Part shown: in pieces, positions 12,186 to 22,700 of the stretch
Numbering within the stretch: position 1 is the stretch's first letter
Layout: each line of letters begins with the position of its first letter
Assembly (NCBI GenBank): GCA_002189035.1
Contig: NEEC01000016.1
Span: 2,232,001 to 2,296,000, forward strand
Length of the DNA stretch: 64,000 nt
From: Utricularia gibba
Taxonomy: Eukaryota; Plantae; Magnoliophyta
Reading direction: 5' to 3'
Notes under the pieces: generated by a model
Seen by the model: only the letters and a program-made list of their open reading frames with translations
What the model was told of the DNA's origin: nothing
The model's database searches: none
Translations under genes and position numbers: made by a program

Positions 12186-14123
12186 CAAGCCTCTGAACTT
12201 TGAACCACACCGACTCATGCTCCCTCAAAATGATATTGCTCGATCATCCTCTTCATCACCTTGCAATCTGTAGTATTATGTCATGTTGTTTTGTGGATTT
12301 CACAATAGATGTTTGCCTTTATAGGTTCCACTTGATACACTTCTCAGCATTTTGGGTGTCGTACGGCCCGGTTACTCTTTCTTCTTAGTGAAGGGTCGAT
12401 AATGCATTGGCTCGATTTCTTCCTTCAGCCTTTAAGTTATCGTCAACCCGGATATACTTCGTAATCTTTCTCAATAGCTCCCCAAAATTTTTCAACGGGG
12501 ATTTCGACAAACTCTATCCTAGCTTCGATATTATCAGGACCCATTTCATTATTTCCTTCATCTTGTGCTAAGTAGATAAATCGATCAATGAAATTTCTCA
12601 AGCTTGCTTTTTGGTGATCATTTTGAATAAATACAATGCCACCTTGCAGGATAGGGCTTCGATATTGACAGCATGTGAAGAGAAACACCATCTCTCTACA
12701 AGATCTTGCACTGCATGATTCCAATTGTGTGAACCAAGTTTTCTCTCCTCTTTGGAGTGAGCAAGAGAATAATTTTCATTTCATCACCATCCTCATGTTG
12801 AAATTGATCACATGGGATATGAGATCCCCGTTTCCATTGTAAGTGGGTAAATCATTTGGGATGCACAATCCCCTCTCCAGTTCTTCCTCAATCAACTCAT
12901 TCGAGAATGGAACAAAACGTAGGGGTACTGTTCCTGACAACCTCTCTACAATACTTTTCAAGGCCAAATCAATTGATTACAAAGTAGAAGAGTGAAGATT
13001 ACAAATTGGCGTATAGAGTGCACCATGAAGAATGCATTTCTTCTAGGTGAGGCTCCTATTTATAAGAGAGCCTTGGCCAATTGATTTATGAGTATGTCAG
13101 CTACTTTTGTGCTTGACAGAATATTGCTGATTTTTTCTGTGCTCATGCTAACAAATAACCGTTCTGCTCTGCACCCTTGTAGGCCAACTACTTTTTAAAC
13201 AATGTTAAAATGGTTAAAGTCTGATGTCATCCTTTTCTTGTCCCCCTGTAGGTATCCGCTTGTTTTATCGGTTGACGAGGAGCAATTTGTACGTGTACGT
13301 CATCGTTTTGCCTGAGCCCTGATTTATTGTTTCTGGTACATTTGGCAAACAATTTACGCCTCTTAGTCGATTACTGCTATACCCATCCAATCCTCTAGGA
13401 TATCCGATTTAGCATTCGCATTACGTACCTTCTCCGTATTACGTACCAATTTTCGACACCATCAAACATGTGATAATAGAACCGGAGTTGATAATGAGAA
13501 TTTTATTATTGTCATTTGTTCTTAGATTGATAATGAGTGACATTTAAAGAAAAGGATTTAACTTTCAAACATTGGTTGCTTCCGCATTTAAATTCGTGCA
13601 TTTATAAGGTAATTTTGAATATTTGTCCCTTAATTTCAAATATCTTTTCGGATTTTTTCAATTTCTTTAGATAATACTTTAGCTAATAACAAATAACAAT
13701 TGAAGTGGTGTTTGGACTACGGGTTGGGCTGGGTTTGATTAAAGCTCATGGGGTAGACCCACATTCAGGCCCAAACTAAAATCAAGAGTAAAAGTATTTG
13801 TACCTAACTCGCAACCCGTTAGGTACAACTCCTACCCATCACTAGTTTGAATGATTTTTGAGAATGTTAATAATAAAATAAAATCAAGAGTAAAAGTATG
13901 GTAAAACATCAATAAAAGTATAATAAGATAAAGAAAAGGGGTAAAGACCACTCAAGAAATGAAATAGACAAAAGATTTTTCTTTTGAGCTATTTGAGAGT
14001 TAGGAGTATGAATGTTTTTTTTTTCGTTAAAAAAACGGAAATCAAAGTCTGTCTATTTCGTATTTAATTTGATTTATTCGAATTGCACACATCGACAAAC
14101 TATTCATCTACGTCTATCCCAAT

Positions 14124-14335
14124 GAGCCGTTTATCGAATTGTTGCAATTGATGTTCGATCTCGAAGAGAAGGAAAAGATGTTCGAAAAGTGAGTTTTTAT
14201 TATCCAATGAAGAATCAAATTTATTTAAATGTTCCTCTTATTTTATATTTCCTTGAAAAAGGAGCTCAACCCACATGAACTGTTCAGAATCTTTTAACCA
14301 AAGCAGAAGTTTTTAAGGAACTTCCATCGAACTAA
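14124..14335 (+). pseudogene. rps16: Plastid rps16 exon 2 (pseudogene within the NUPT)
   Basis: Follows the intron end CTATCCCAAT and reads [65 protein letters not shown]. Premature TGA at 14276-14278; exon 1 is absent. Confidence 0.9.
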
Positions 14336-15130
14336 AAAAATTACCAAGGGGGAAAACCAAGTAAAGAAAAATTCGAACAAAACAAGTTCTACCCCCTTGG
14401 TGTTTATGCTATGCTGTATTTGTATCTATCATTTCTTTACGTTGACTCCTAAGTTTAGTGATCTGAAAAATCTAACTCAAACTCGGGCCTTTCCTTCAGT
14501 TGTCTGTTTTTGTTGTAATAAGTAATTCACGTTACGTATGTGAATTAAATGGATCGACGACATTCTCGAACTAAAGATATGTTTTTTCAATTCTTTAATT
14601 GATCTTTTTTCTATTTATCTAGAGTATATATCCAGTATCAATCCAAGATAATTTTGATTCAATTTCAATTCACATCAAGAAAAAAAAACATTTCAATACA
14701 ATTTCTTTTGTTTTTCCACTTTCTTTTTTGAAGAACATTTATATTGACAACAGTGTCTAGAAGAAATATAATTCATCGTGATAAGTGAACTGCGTCTATT
14801 TATTTCTTTTTCTACACCAAAGAAATTTACCTGAATTTCCAAAATTTATCTTAGTCAAATAATCCTTTCTTTGTTACAAGAAGCTTTTGATTCTGAAAAG
14901 TGGTCTATTTGTTTTTCAAATTTTCTATCCTTTTATATCCGAAATTCTTCTATTTTTATTTAATTATTTGTAGGTTTTGAATTCATTCAAAATTTTTTGT
15001 TATTTCTTAGTGAAATATTTTGTTTGTTGATCCAACCTCCAGTACCTTTGAATAACTTCACTTAATTTGTTTATTTTCTTACTTGTGTTTTTATTCTGAT
15101 TGGATCACCACTTTTTTTTTTATAAATTTT

Positions 15131-15480
15131 GGTTTAAGTATGACTTGAATCTTTTACACATTTGAATGAAGTTAAGAATTCGTCCATACCGTTGGTAAAA
15201 TTTGGAAGACCACGACTAATCCTGAAAAAAAATAAATGGAAAAAAATAGCATGTCGTATCAATAAAGAGTTCTTAGGATATTTTATTCTTATCGGATAGT
15301 TCCAAAACTTTGTTCTAATTCTTGGAACTCAAAAAGTTGGTCTAATTACTAAATGGATAGAGGTCTGGGTTTATGGCTTGAATTAAGTAAAAAAAGAAAA
15401 AACAAACAGCTTCTTTTTTCAATTTGAAAAATTTCCTGATCTAATTAGACGTTAAAACTCGATTAGTACGGGAAAAAGCT
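15131..15480 (+). pseudogene. trnK: Remnant of plastid trnK-UUU: 5' exon reduced to GGTTTAA, followed by the group II intron 5' region
   Basis: TTTAA|GTATGACTTG at 15133-15147 resembles the exon/intron junction. Downstream sequence matches the trnK intron start as recalled; the rest of the 5' exon is not visible. Confidence 0.7.
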
Positions 15481-15659
15481 TCACCCCCTCACTCAGGGAT
15501 TCGATATTTTTGTACTGAATCCTAGGCGGGGTTCTATTAGAAAGTCTAGAATTTTCCATAAATCCACCCCTCCCCCCCCCCCCCCAAAGGGGAGTTAATA
15601 AAATATACTAAAAAATAAAGTATTGTGGCAATATTGATTAATTAATTTGGAGGAAACCA

Positions 15660-15811
15660 CACGTGGGCCCGCGCCACAGTTTGGAAATATGCCAATCACC
15701 CCTTTTTTTGGCTGGGCCCTTTTTGTCATGGGCCCCATGCACTCAAGAAGCCTAAATATGCCCCTTAATCACCCCCCGTTTTGAATTTGCTGTTCCGACC
15801 TCAACCCTAAA
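15660..15811 (+). promoter_or_regulatory. PP1 proximal promoter motifs: G-box, three site II (TGGGCC) elements, telo-box-like element
   Basis: CACGTG at 15660-15665; TGGGCC at 15664, 15713 and 15729; AACCCTAAA at 15803-15811. A site II plus telo-box pairing is typical of plant housekeeping and proliferation promoters. Confidence 0.5.
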
Positions 15812-16035
15812 CTTCGCCTGCTTGCGCGATTCTTCTTCCCTCCTGCCTCAGTCGTAACTTTTCCACCTGCTATGCCCTCCAAATCTCCCATCCCCACTCA
15901 CCCTTGCGTTTGCGCTTTTATTGCACAGAGCTGATAGTAGAAAGGGTTTTGTGTTTACCAGGATAGATAGGTTTCTGGGATTCTGGCTTTGGTTGTGCTT
16001 CTGCCCGGATTCGAGCGAAACAAGGGGAAGAGCCG

Positions 16036-17367
16036 ATGGCAGCGAATGGGCAGGGGATTGAGCCTGCCGTCCTGGATAACATCATAAGTCGTCTGTTTGA
16101 ATTACGGAATGCCCGAAGTCCCCGCCAGGCGCAGCTGTCAGAGAGTGAGATCCGTGCCCTATGTGCAACGTCTCGTGAAATTTTCTTATCGCAACCGAAT
16201 CTTCTTGAGCTTGAAGCCCCTATTAAGATCTGTGGTATGGCTTCTGCTTATTCACTTCATCGATTGTTTGGAGGATGCTGTCTGCGGATCTGAACGTCTG
16301 TTTTCCTTCATAATTTCCTGAAAACCCCTTCAATAGTTGTCTATTTCGAAATGTGCTATGCCGTAAGATGATACCCTTCTAACAGATGCCCATGTTTTCC
16401 TTTACAAAATGTTTTCATCTTTTGTTAGTTTTGCTGCTGCTTGCCTCTAAATTTCAATGGAATCCACCTCATCTGATACAGAAAGCCTAGGTAAACCATG
16501 ACTAACAAGGTCTTAAAAAGTGTGTGCTTTTCGTTTATTCTCTTTCAGGAGATATTCATGGACAGTATGGGGATCTTCTACGGCTATTTGAGTATGGAGG
16601 ATATCCTCCTGAGGCTAACTATTTGTTCTTAGGAGATTATGTTGACCGTGGCAAGCAGAGTTTGGAAACAATTTGCCTTCTCCTTGCATACAAAATTAAA
16701 TATCCAGAGAATTTTTTTCTCTTAAGAGGAAATCATGAGTGTGCATCAATTAACAGGATATATGGATTCTATGATGAATGCAAGCGCAGATTCAACGTCC
16801 GGCTCTGGAAAATTTTCACAGAGTGTTTCAACTGCCTTCCAGTGGCTGCCCTTATTGATGATAAGATACTATGTATGCATGGTGGGCTTTCTCCAGAGCT
16901 TACAAATATGGACCAGATAAGAAATATACCACGCCCAACCGATGTTCCAGACTCTGGTTTGCTTTGTGATTTGCTGTGGTCTGATCCAAGTAGAGACATT
17001 AAAGGTTGGGGGATGAATGACAGAGGTGTCTCACATACATTTGGTTCAGATAAGGTGGCTGAATTCTTGATGCGACATGACATGGACCTGATCTGTCGTG
17101 CTCATCAAGTAAGATAATTTGATTTTTGGTCATCTTCATATTGTTCTATTGTGCGGACCCCCTTTAATGTGCTATATCATATAAAATTTTGAGCAGGTTG
17201 TCGAAGATGGTTATGAATTCTTTGCAGATAGGCAGCTCGTTACTGTATTTTCTGCCCCAAATTATTGTGGTGAATTTGATAATGCTGGTGCTATGATGAG
17301 TGTTGATGACAGTTTAATGTGCTCATTTCAAATATTGAAGCCAAATGATAAAAAACGTTTCACATGA
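16036..17367 (+). CDS. TOPP: Serine/threonine protein phosphatase PP1 catalytic subunit (TOPP family), 3 exons: 16036-16234, 16549-17108, 17197-17367 (309 aa)
   Basis: Contains [33 protein letters not shown] and [17 protein letters not shown] introns with consistent phases; ends KPNDKKRFT*. The paralog number cannot be resolved by eye. Confidence 0.96.
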
Positions 17368-18156
17368 CACATGTTATGATATTGTTGACATCATCTTCAT
17401 AAAAGCAGCAGAGGTTAGTTTTGAGCTACCTACTCGATTTAAAGGGGTTCTTATTTGCCAGGGAGATTTATCTCATTGATTATTGAGAAGATATTGGCCT
17501 AGTGAGATTACACGATGTTTTTCATTTTTTTTTGTGCATAATATGAAACAAGATTAATGCGACAAGATTTCATTCTTGTAGTTGTTCTTCTGCTGTGTGT
17601 TATCCTTGAGTTTTGGCATGTGATTACAACATTTCTGATTGTAGCCTCCAGAGATGAGCTTGTGAAGGATGCGTGGTGGAGGCTTCGGTTCTCATTGGCG
17701 GGCGCCTCCGACACCTGGCTCTAGTCGTGCGTGTTCTTCACTTCCTTTTCAACTCCCCCCTTTTGTATTTATTGGTTGTGCGCACTGGTGGGAAGTGTTG
17801 TTGACTTTTGAGGCCCCTCCCTTTGAATTTGCGGTTGTGGTTATGCTTTCAGTGGATTAGTTGTTGATGTCAGAGATTAAGCTTTCACCACGTGTGACGG
17901 TTATACATTAGCACTCGGAGGCAGGCGGTGAGAAAACCTCTGTGATCCGGTGAAGAAGCTTTAGTCGAGTGAAGTTCTTTGAGGCTTCTTTCATTCCGTT
18001 TTTCCTTTTTTTTCTTTTTGTTTTGTTTTGTTAATCGGCCGGAGCAGCTGATCTTCTTGATTTTGATGCGTGAGAAGTCGTGCCGATTTTATTCGGAGAC
18101 AAGGATGCAGCAGTACCCGCGCCAATGGAAAACGACAAAGCCGTGGATCGACACCC

Positions 18157-19376
18157 CTAGCACTCGACGCACACGGACACGCAGGCACCGCCGCGGATCA
18201 CCTCCGGGGTATCTGCAGCCCTCCTCCACTCGCCGCCGGCGCAATCGTAGGCGAACACCATCCCTTCTTTTCTCCCCATCCCGCAGCCCATTTGGAGAAG
18301 CACCACCCATTCCCCTATTCCGATGCTGCTGAACTTCACTCCGGCGTCAACTCCGATCCCCGGCGCAATCGGCGGGCTCTTCACCTTACGCCACTGCCCG
18401 AATAAGGGGCTTTTCCGACAAGCATTGAACTCCCAGAACGTTAGCTCTACGGCGTGGCTCGAGAGAATGTACACGCCCCCACCGGCCGCGCAGGCGGCAA
18501 CCACGCAACCGCCGCCGGGTACCGTTCTCTTTCTCAGCCAAACTCCCGCCGCCACGTCGTATACATCCATCGAACTCGGGAACGTATCTGGCCGGCCGGA
18601 GCGGGACGCGCACGCCGTATCCTTGTCGCTCGGTAATCCGATTTTCAGTCCGCCAACGATGTAAAACAGTCCATCTACGGAAGCTCCGATGCATCCGTAG
18701 CGCCGGCGAGGCGCTTCAGATACCACGCGCCACTCATTGTAATCGGGATCGTATTGCTCCACGGCGGAAGACGATGGACATCCGCCAGCGACGAGTATCT
18801 TCCCCCGACAACCGCTGCAGCGAACTTCTTCCTCCGGAAACCCATCGCCGCCTTGGGCACCAGCTTCCCAGTCCACGTGTCGTACCGCAGCATCGCCGTC
18901 CTTCCGATGATATAAATTTTCCGGGCAACGGAAACCGCCCGGAACTGAGAGAAAAAAGTAAAGGCAGACCCCATGTGGTGATTGGAGGGGACAAACGTGG
19001 ACACTCTCCACGGCGTGTCAGCGGGGCTTTCACCGCCGTACCATTGGAGGGTTGCTGAAAAGAGAGCAGAATCAGAAATGCAGATGGAGAAGAGAGTACG
19101 AGATAGAAGGCATCTGCGGAGGCGGAGGCCATGGAACGCCGGCGAGTTGACGAGACGGGCCCATCGGCGGCAAACTTGAAGGAGTGATGGGAGGGCGGAG
19201 GGCGCGACTCTAACGAGGCATTCGAGGAGGAGGTCTTCGGGGAGAAGGGAAATGGCAACGGCGGCGGATATCGGAGAGGGGCAATGGAGACGGTGGGGGC
19301 TGGGCAGGCAGGATTTCATGAGAAGCCATGGGAAATGGCAGACGTCGGCGGCAGGAGAAGACATCCGCCGAGTCAT
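18157..19376 (-). CDS. F-box/kelch-repeat protein (At5g26960-like), single exon, with a 1-nt frameshift at ~18800-18806 (start may be 19364)
   Basis: N-terminal HFPWLLMKSCLP, F-box LLPEDLLLECLVRV...VCRRW, and RKKFAAAVVGG in one frame. The other frame continues KILVAGG...RRRYGCIGASVDGLFYIVGGLKIG...VPGGGCVVAACA...LSSHAVELTFW...WRRAAD...CVEC*. Confidence 0.88.
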
Positions 19377-19753
19377 AAGCTGGAGGGCAGCATTGGAGGG
19401 AGGGAGTCGAATGACAAAATAAATGCGCTTCTTCGTACACCTCTTTAATTACCGTTTTGCCCACATGTTGACGCGGTCGGCCCACCTGACTGGCCCCTTT
19501 TGTGGGGCGTATTTCGAATTTTAAATTCTAAATTTCACCGCGGCTCATTAATTAATCCCCGGGTTAATCCGTTAATTAATAACTCCCTCCAAACCCGACC
19601 CGAAACCGCACAGCACAGCACAGCACATGGGTGGGTGCGTGCATGAGAAGACAAAAGGAGGCACGTGGCTGGTTGCTTCTCTCTCTCTTCTCATCCCTCT
19701 CCAGTCAAGTCAATTCCATCCCGGCTGTCCCTGGCCATTGCTCTCCGCCGGAG
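19377..19753. promoter_or_regulatory. Short head-to-head intergenic region (candidate bidirectional promoter) between the F-box gene and AAO
   Basis: The ATGs at 19376 (-) and 19754 (+) are 377 bp apart. The interval has GGCCCA at 19479, two TTAATTAA palindromes, GCACA repeats and ABRE/G-box CACGTGGC at 19662-19669. Confidence 0.55.
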
Positions 19754-22700
19754 ATGGAGGATAGGCTTGCCGTTGAGCGCCTTCTTTTCGAGGTTAACGG
19801 CGAGAGGTTTGAGATTCCGGAGATTGATCCTTCGACTACCCTGCTGGAGTTTCTTCGCACTCGCACCCGTTTCAAGAGCGTCAAGCTTGGCTGCGGCGAA
19901 GGTGATTTTGCTTTCCATCCCGCACTACTGCATGCTTCATTCGCTGTATCTTGCTGTCCCACCAACGACGAGTTGAACTTCGCTGATTTCTCTTTTTTTT
20001 TTCTTGTCCTTTTTCTCTGTCGTCACTGCAGCATTGGCGCTGTTCTTCCCTAGGTTCTGAAAACAAGAATGAGTGGCTAGGACTAGTGGGGTCGATAATC
20101 AGTTCCCCATGGCATGGCAATCATAAATACCATTTTTACTCCGACCCACATCCATTAGGTGTCTTTGAGTGTCTCTGGCCAATTTTTTGGCTGTATTGAC
20201 TATTGATGCCTGGGCGAATATGGAAATCTTCAATCTCTTCCTTTTGGATTCATGATTTTTGATTCTTGTAGGTGGTTGTGGAGCTTGTGTCGTTCTGCTG
20301 TCAAAATATGATGCGCAAAAAGACCGCGTAGAGAGTTTCACTATTAGTTCATGTCTTACACTTGTATGTAGCCTGAATGGCTGCTCAGTTACAACCAGTG
20401 ATGGCATTGGCAACACTAAAGATGGTTTTCATCCCATTCATAAACGATTTGCTGGTTTTCATGCGTCTCAATGTGGCTTTTGTACTCCTGGTATGTGCAT
20501 TTCACTTTTCTCAGCGCTTGCTGACGCTGAAAGTAGGAAAAAGAATTCGGGAACGCCAGGATTCTCGAACTTGAATAAATGTGAAGCCGAGAAGGCTGTG
20601 GCAGGAAATCTTTGTCGATGCACTGGTTATAGGCCCATAGCTGATGCTTGCAAAAGTTTTGCGGGAGACGTAGATTTGGAGGATTTGGGGATCAATTCTT
20701 TTTACGGAAAAGGAGAAGAAAGGAACGCTATCATTAGCAGATTGCCGCCGTACAATCCTACGGAACATGTGTCTCCATACGTTCAGGTATCTCGAGATTT
20801 TTTTAAGCCCATAAGGATTCTGACGTCTGAAAAGCATTCATGGTTTACTCCTCTAAGTGTTGAGGAGCTTAGAAACATGTTGTGTGTTGATCTCCAAGGA
20901 AATGGCGGGAGCATAAAGCTTGTTGTTGGCAACACAGGAGATGGTTATTATAAAGAAGTGAAGAAATATGATAAATACATCGATCTGAGATACATCCCTG
21001 AGCTTTCATCTGTTAGAGAAAATGAAACTGGTATACAGGTCGGAGCAGCAGTGACGATTTCAAAGGTTATATTGTATTTGAAGGATATTGACTTAAGCAG
21101 AGGTGGAGATACAATATTCTCAAAAGTTGCGGAGCATATGGAGAAGATTGCCTCAATATTCGTCAGGAATGCGGGCAGTCTTGGTGGAAATATAGTGATG
21201 GCGCAGAGGAAGAATTTTCCTTCTGATGTTGCTACCTTGCTTGTTGCTCTGTCTAGCCATGTTACCCTAATGAATGGTGATGACTGTGAATGTATTTCAC
21301 TCGAAGAGTTTTTTGCTGGACCACCTATGGATTTTAAGACAGTGCTTTTGAGCATTCACATTCCTTTCCCGAAACCGTTTAAAGTTAATGGTTCACTGCA
21401 AGATGAATCAAAGATGGTGATTGAAACATACCGTGCCGCTCCACGACCCCTTGGAAATGCATTGCCATATTTGACAGCGTCATTCTTAGCTGATGTTTCT
21501 CTACATAACCAAAGCATTTTGGTGAACAAGATGGACCTTATTTTTGGTTCTTATGCTAAGCGGCATCCTGTAAGGGCAAGAAAAACTGAAGAAGCTCTCA
21601 TGGGAAACATACTCTCCTTTGAAGTTCTGTACAACGCAATAAACTTGGTTAAGTCTGATATCATACATGAAGAAGGAATGCCCAATGCTTCTTACACGTC
21701 AAGCTTGGCTACTGGTTTTCTTTTTGAGTTTGTAACTAGCTTACTCAGACATAATTGCCCATCGCTTGGAAAGTTGTATGGATTTTTGCCTGAAACATCC
21801 AGCAACAAGAGGATCAATAGTAGAGGAAATTTGATTGGAAATCCACTGTTGTCATCATCAAAGCAGGTTGTGGAATCTAGTGAAGTATGTTATCCTGTTG
21901 GCAAACCGATGGAGAAATCTGGTGCTCTTATCCAAGCATCTGGTCTGCCTCTTTCTACTTTTCCATGGTTAGAAGGGCGGGGAAACATATTGTGTCTTTC
22001 TATTTCCGTTACATTCTCCCTCACTGATATATGTGCAAACTCATATCCAATCATATAGCTAGTTTATGCACATCGAGAAGGTGTGAGATACAATTACCCT
22101 GCGTCATTTATGATCTGCATATGCAGGTGAAGCTGTCTTTGTGGACGACATTCCTTCACCCCCAAATTGTCTGGAAGGAGCGCTTGTGTACAGCACCAAG
22201 CCGTCGGCACGTATTAAGCGAATGTCATTCCATGCTTATTCTCCACATGTTGCTGTCATCTCTGCAAAAGATATCCCAAAAGAAGGGAAAAATGTTGGAT
22301 CTGTGGCTTTATTTGGTCCGGAGCCCCTATTTGCTGAGGGGGTGAGCCGGTTTGCTGGTGACCTCATTGCTCTTGTGGTAACACTTTTTCTCATTTTCTT
22401 TTGAACTTTTTTACTCTTGCACTCCAAATGCACGAATGTTTCCACTCTAGATGTCTTTCTAGGTTGCAGAGACAAGAAGAGATGCATATCTCGCCGCGAA
22501 GAGTGCTCTCATTGAATATGACACGAATGGGTTGGAGCCACCCATTCTATCTGTTGAAGAAGCTGTTCAAAAATCGAGTTTCTTTGGTATTCCTCAGTTT
22601 ATCCAGCCAATGAAAGTTGGTGATTTCTCAAAAGGAATGGCTGAAGCTGATCAAACGATTCTATCTGCAGAGGTACCTTTATATCCAGTTATTTACGCAC

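Larger units (their letters stand above)
4300..13464 (-). mobile_element. Degenerate Ty3/gypsy Tat/Retand element 1 (5' LTR remnant, gag, pol with additional RNase H, antisense extra ORF); 3' LTR not found
   Basis: gag at 12186-12967 (PLRFVPFS...LPTYNGNGDLISHV); reverse transcriptase (RT) RMCVDFTDLN and MEVYLDNIIV at ~9.4-9.7 kb; additional RNase H motif FPTTNNIAEYE at ~8.95 kb; integrase YHPQSN...TKLEDFGGSW at 7717-7956; pol ends SWNATHFWKFYV* at 7338. Candidate LTR ~12970-13464 has a minus-strand TG start and TATAAATAG at 13056-13064. Confidence 0.85.
13930..15480 (+). other. Nuclear plastid DNA insertion (NUPT): rps16 intron 3' part, rps16 exon 2, rps16-trnK spacer, trnK intron 5' part
   Basis: rps16-intron-like AAAAGGGG..AGACCACTCAA..TTTGAGCTATTTGAGA; spacer motif TTGACAACAGTGT; trnK-intron-like CTTTTACACAT...TTCGTCCATAC...TTTGGAAGACCACGACT...AGCATGTCGTATCAAT and GATCTAATTAGACGTTAAAA. 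All occur in plastome order and orientation. Confidence 0.9.

Noticed and set aside
13777-13899. 20-bp direct repeat AAAATCAAGAGTAAAAGTAT (13777 and 13880) near the NUPT edge
   Set aside because: Only two copies of an AT-rich word; possibly a junction duplication. It is not an array and cannot be tied to a mechanism.
14124-14335. rps16 as a functional nuclear-transferred gene
   Set aside because: It has no exon 1 or transit peptide, carries an internal stop, and is embedded in plastid intron and spacer DNA. This indicates a DNA-level insertion, not a processed functional transfer.
17979-19485. Numerous overlapping ORFs on both strands across the F-box gene
   Set aside because: These are shadow frames of GC-rich coding DNA with no recognisable motifs. 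Only the two frames forming the F-box/kelch protein are supported.
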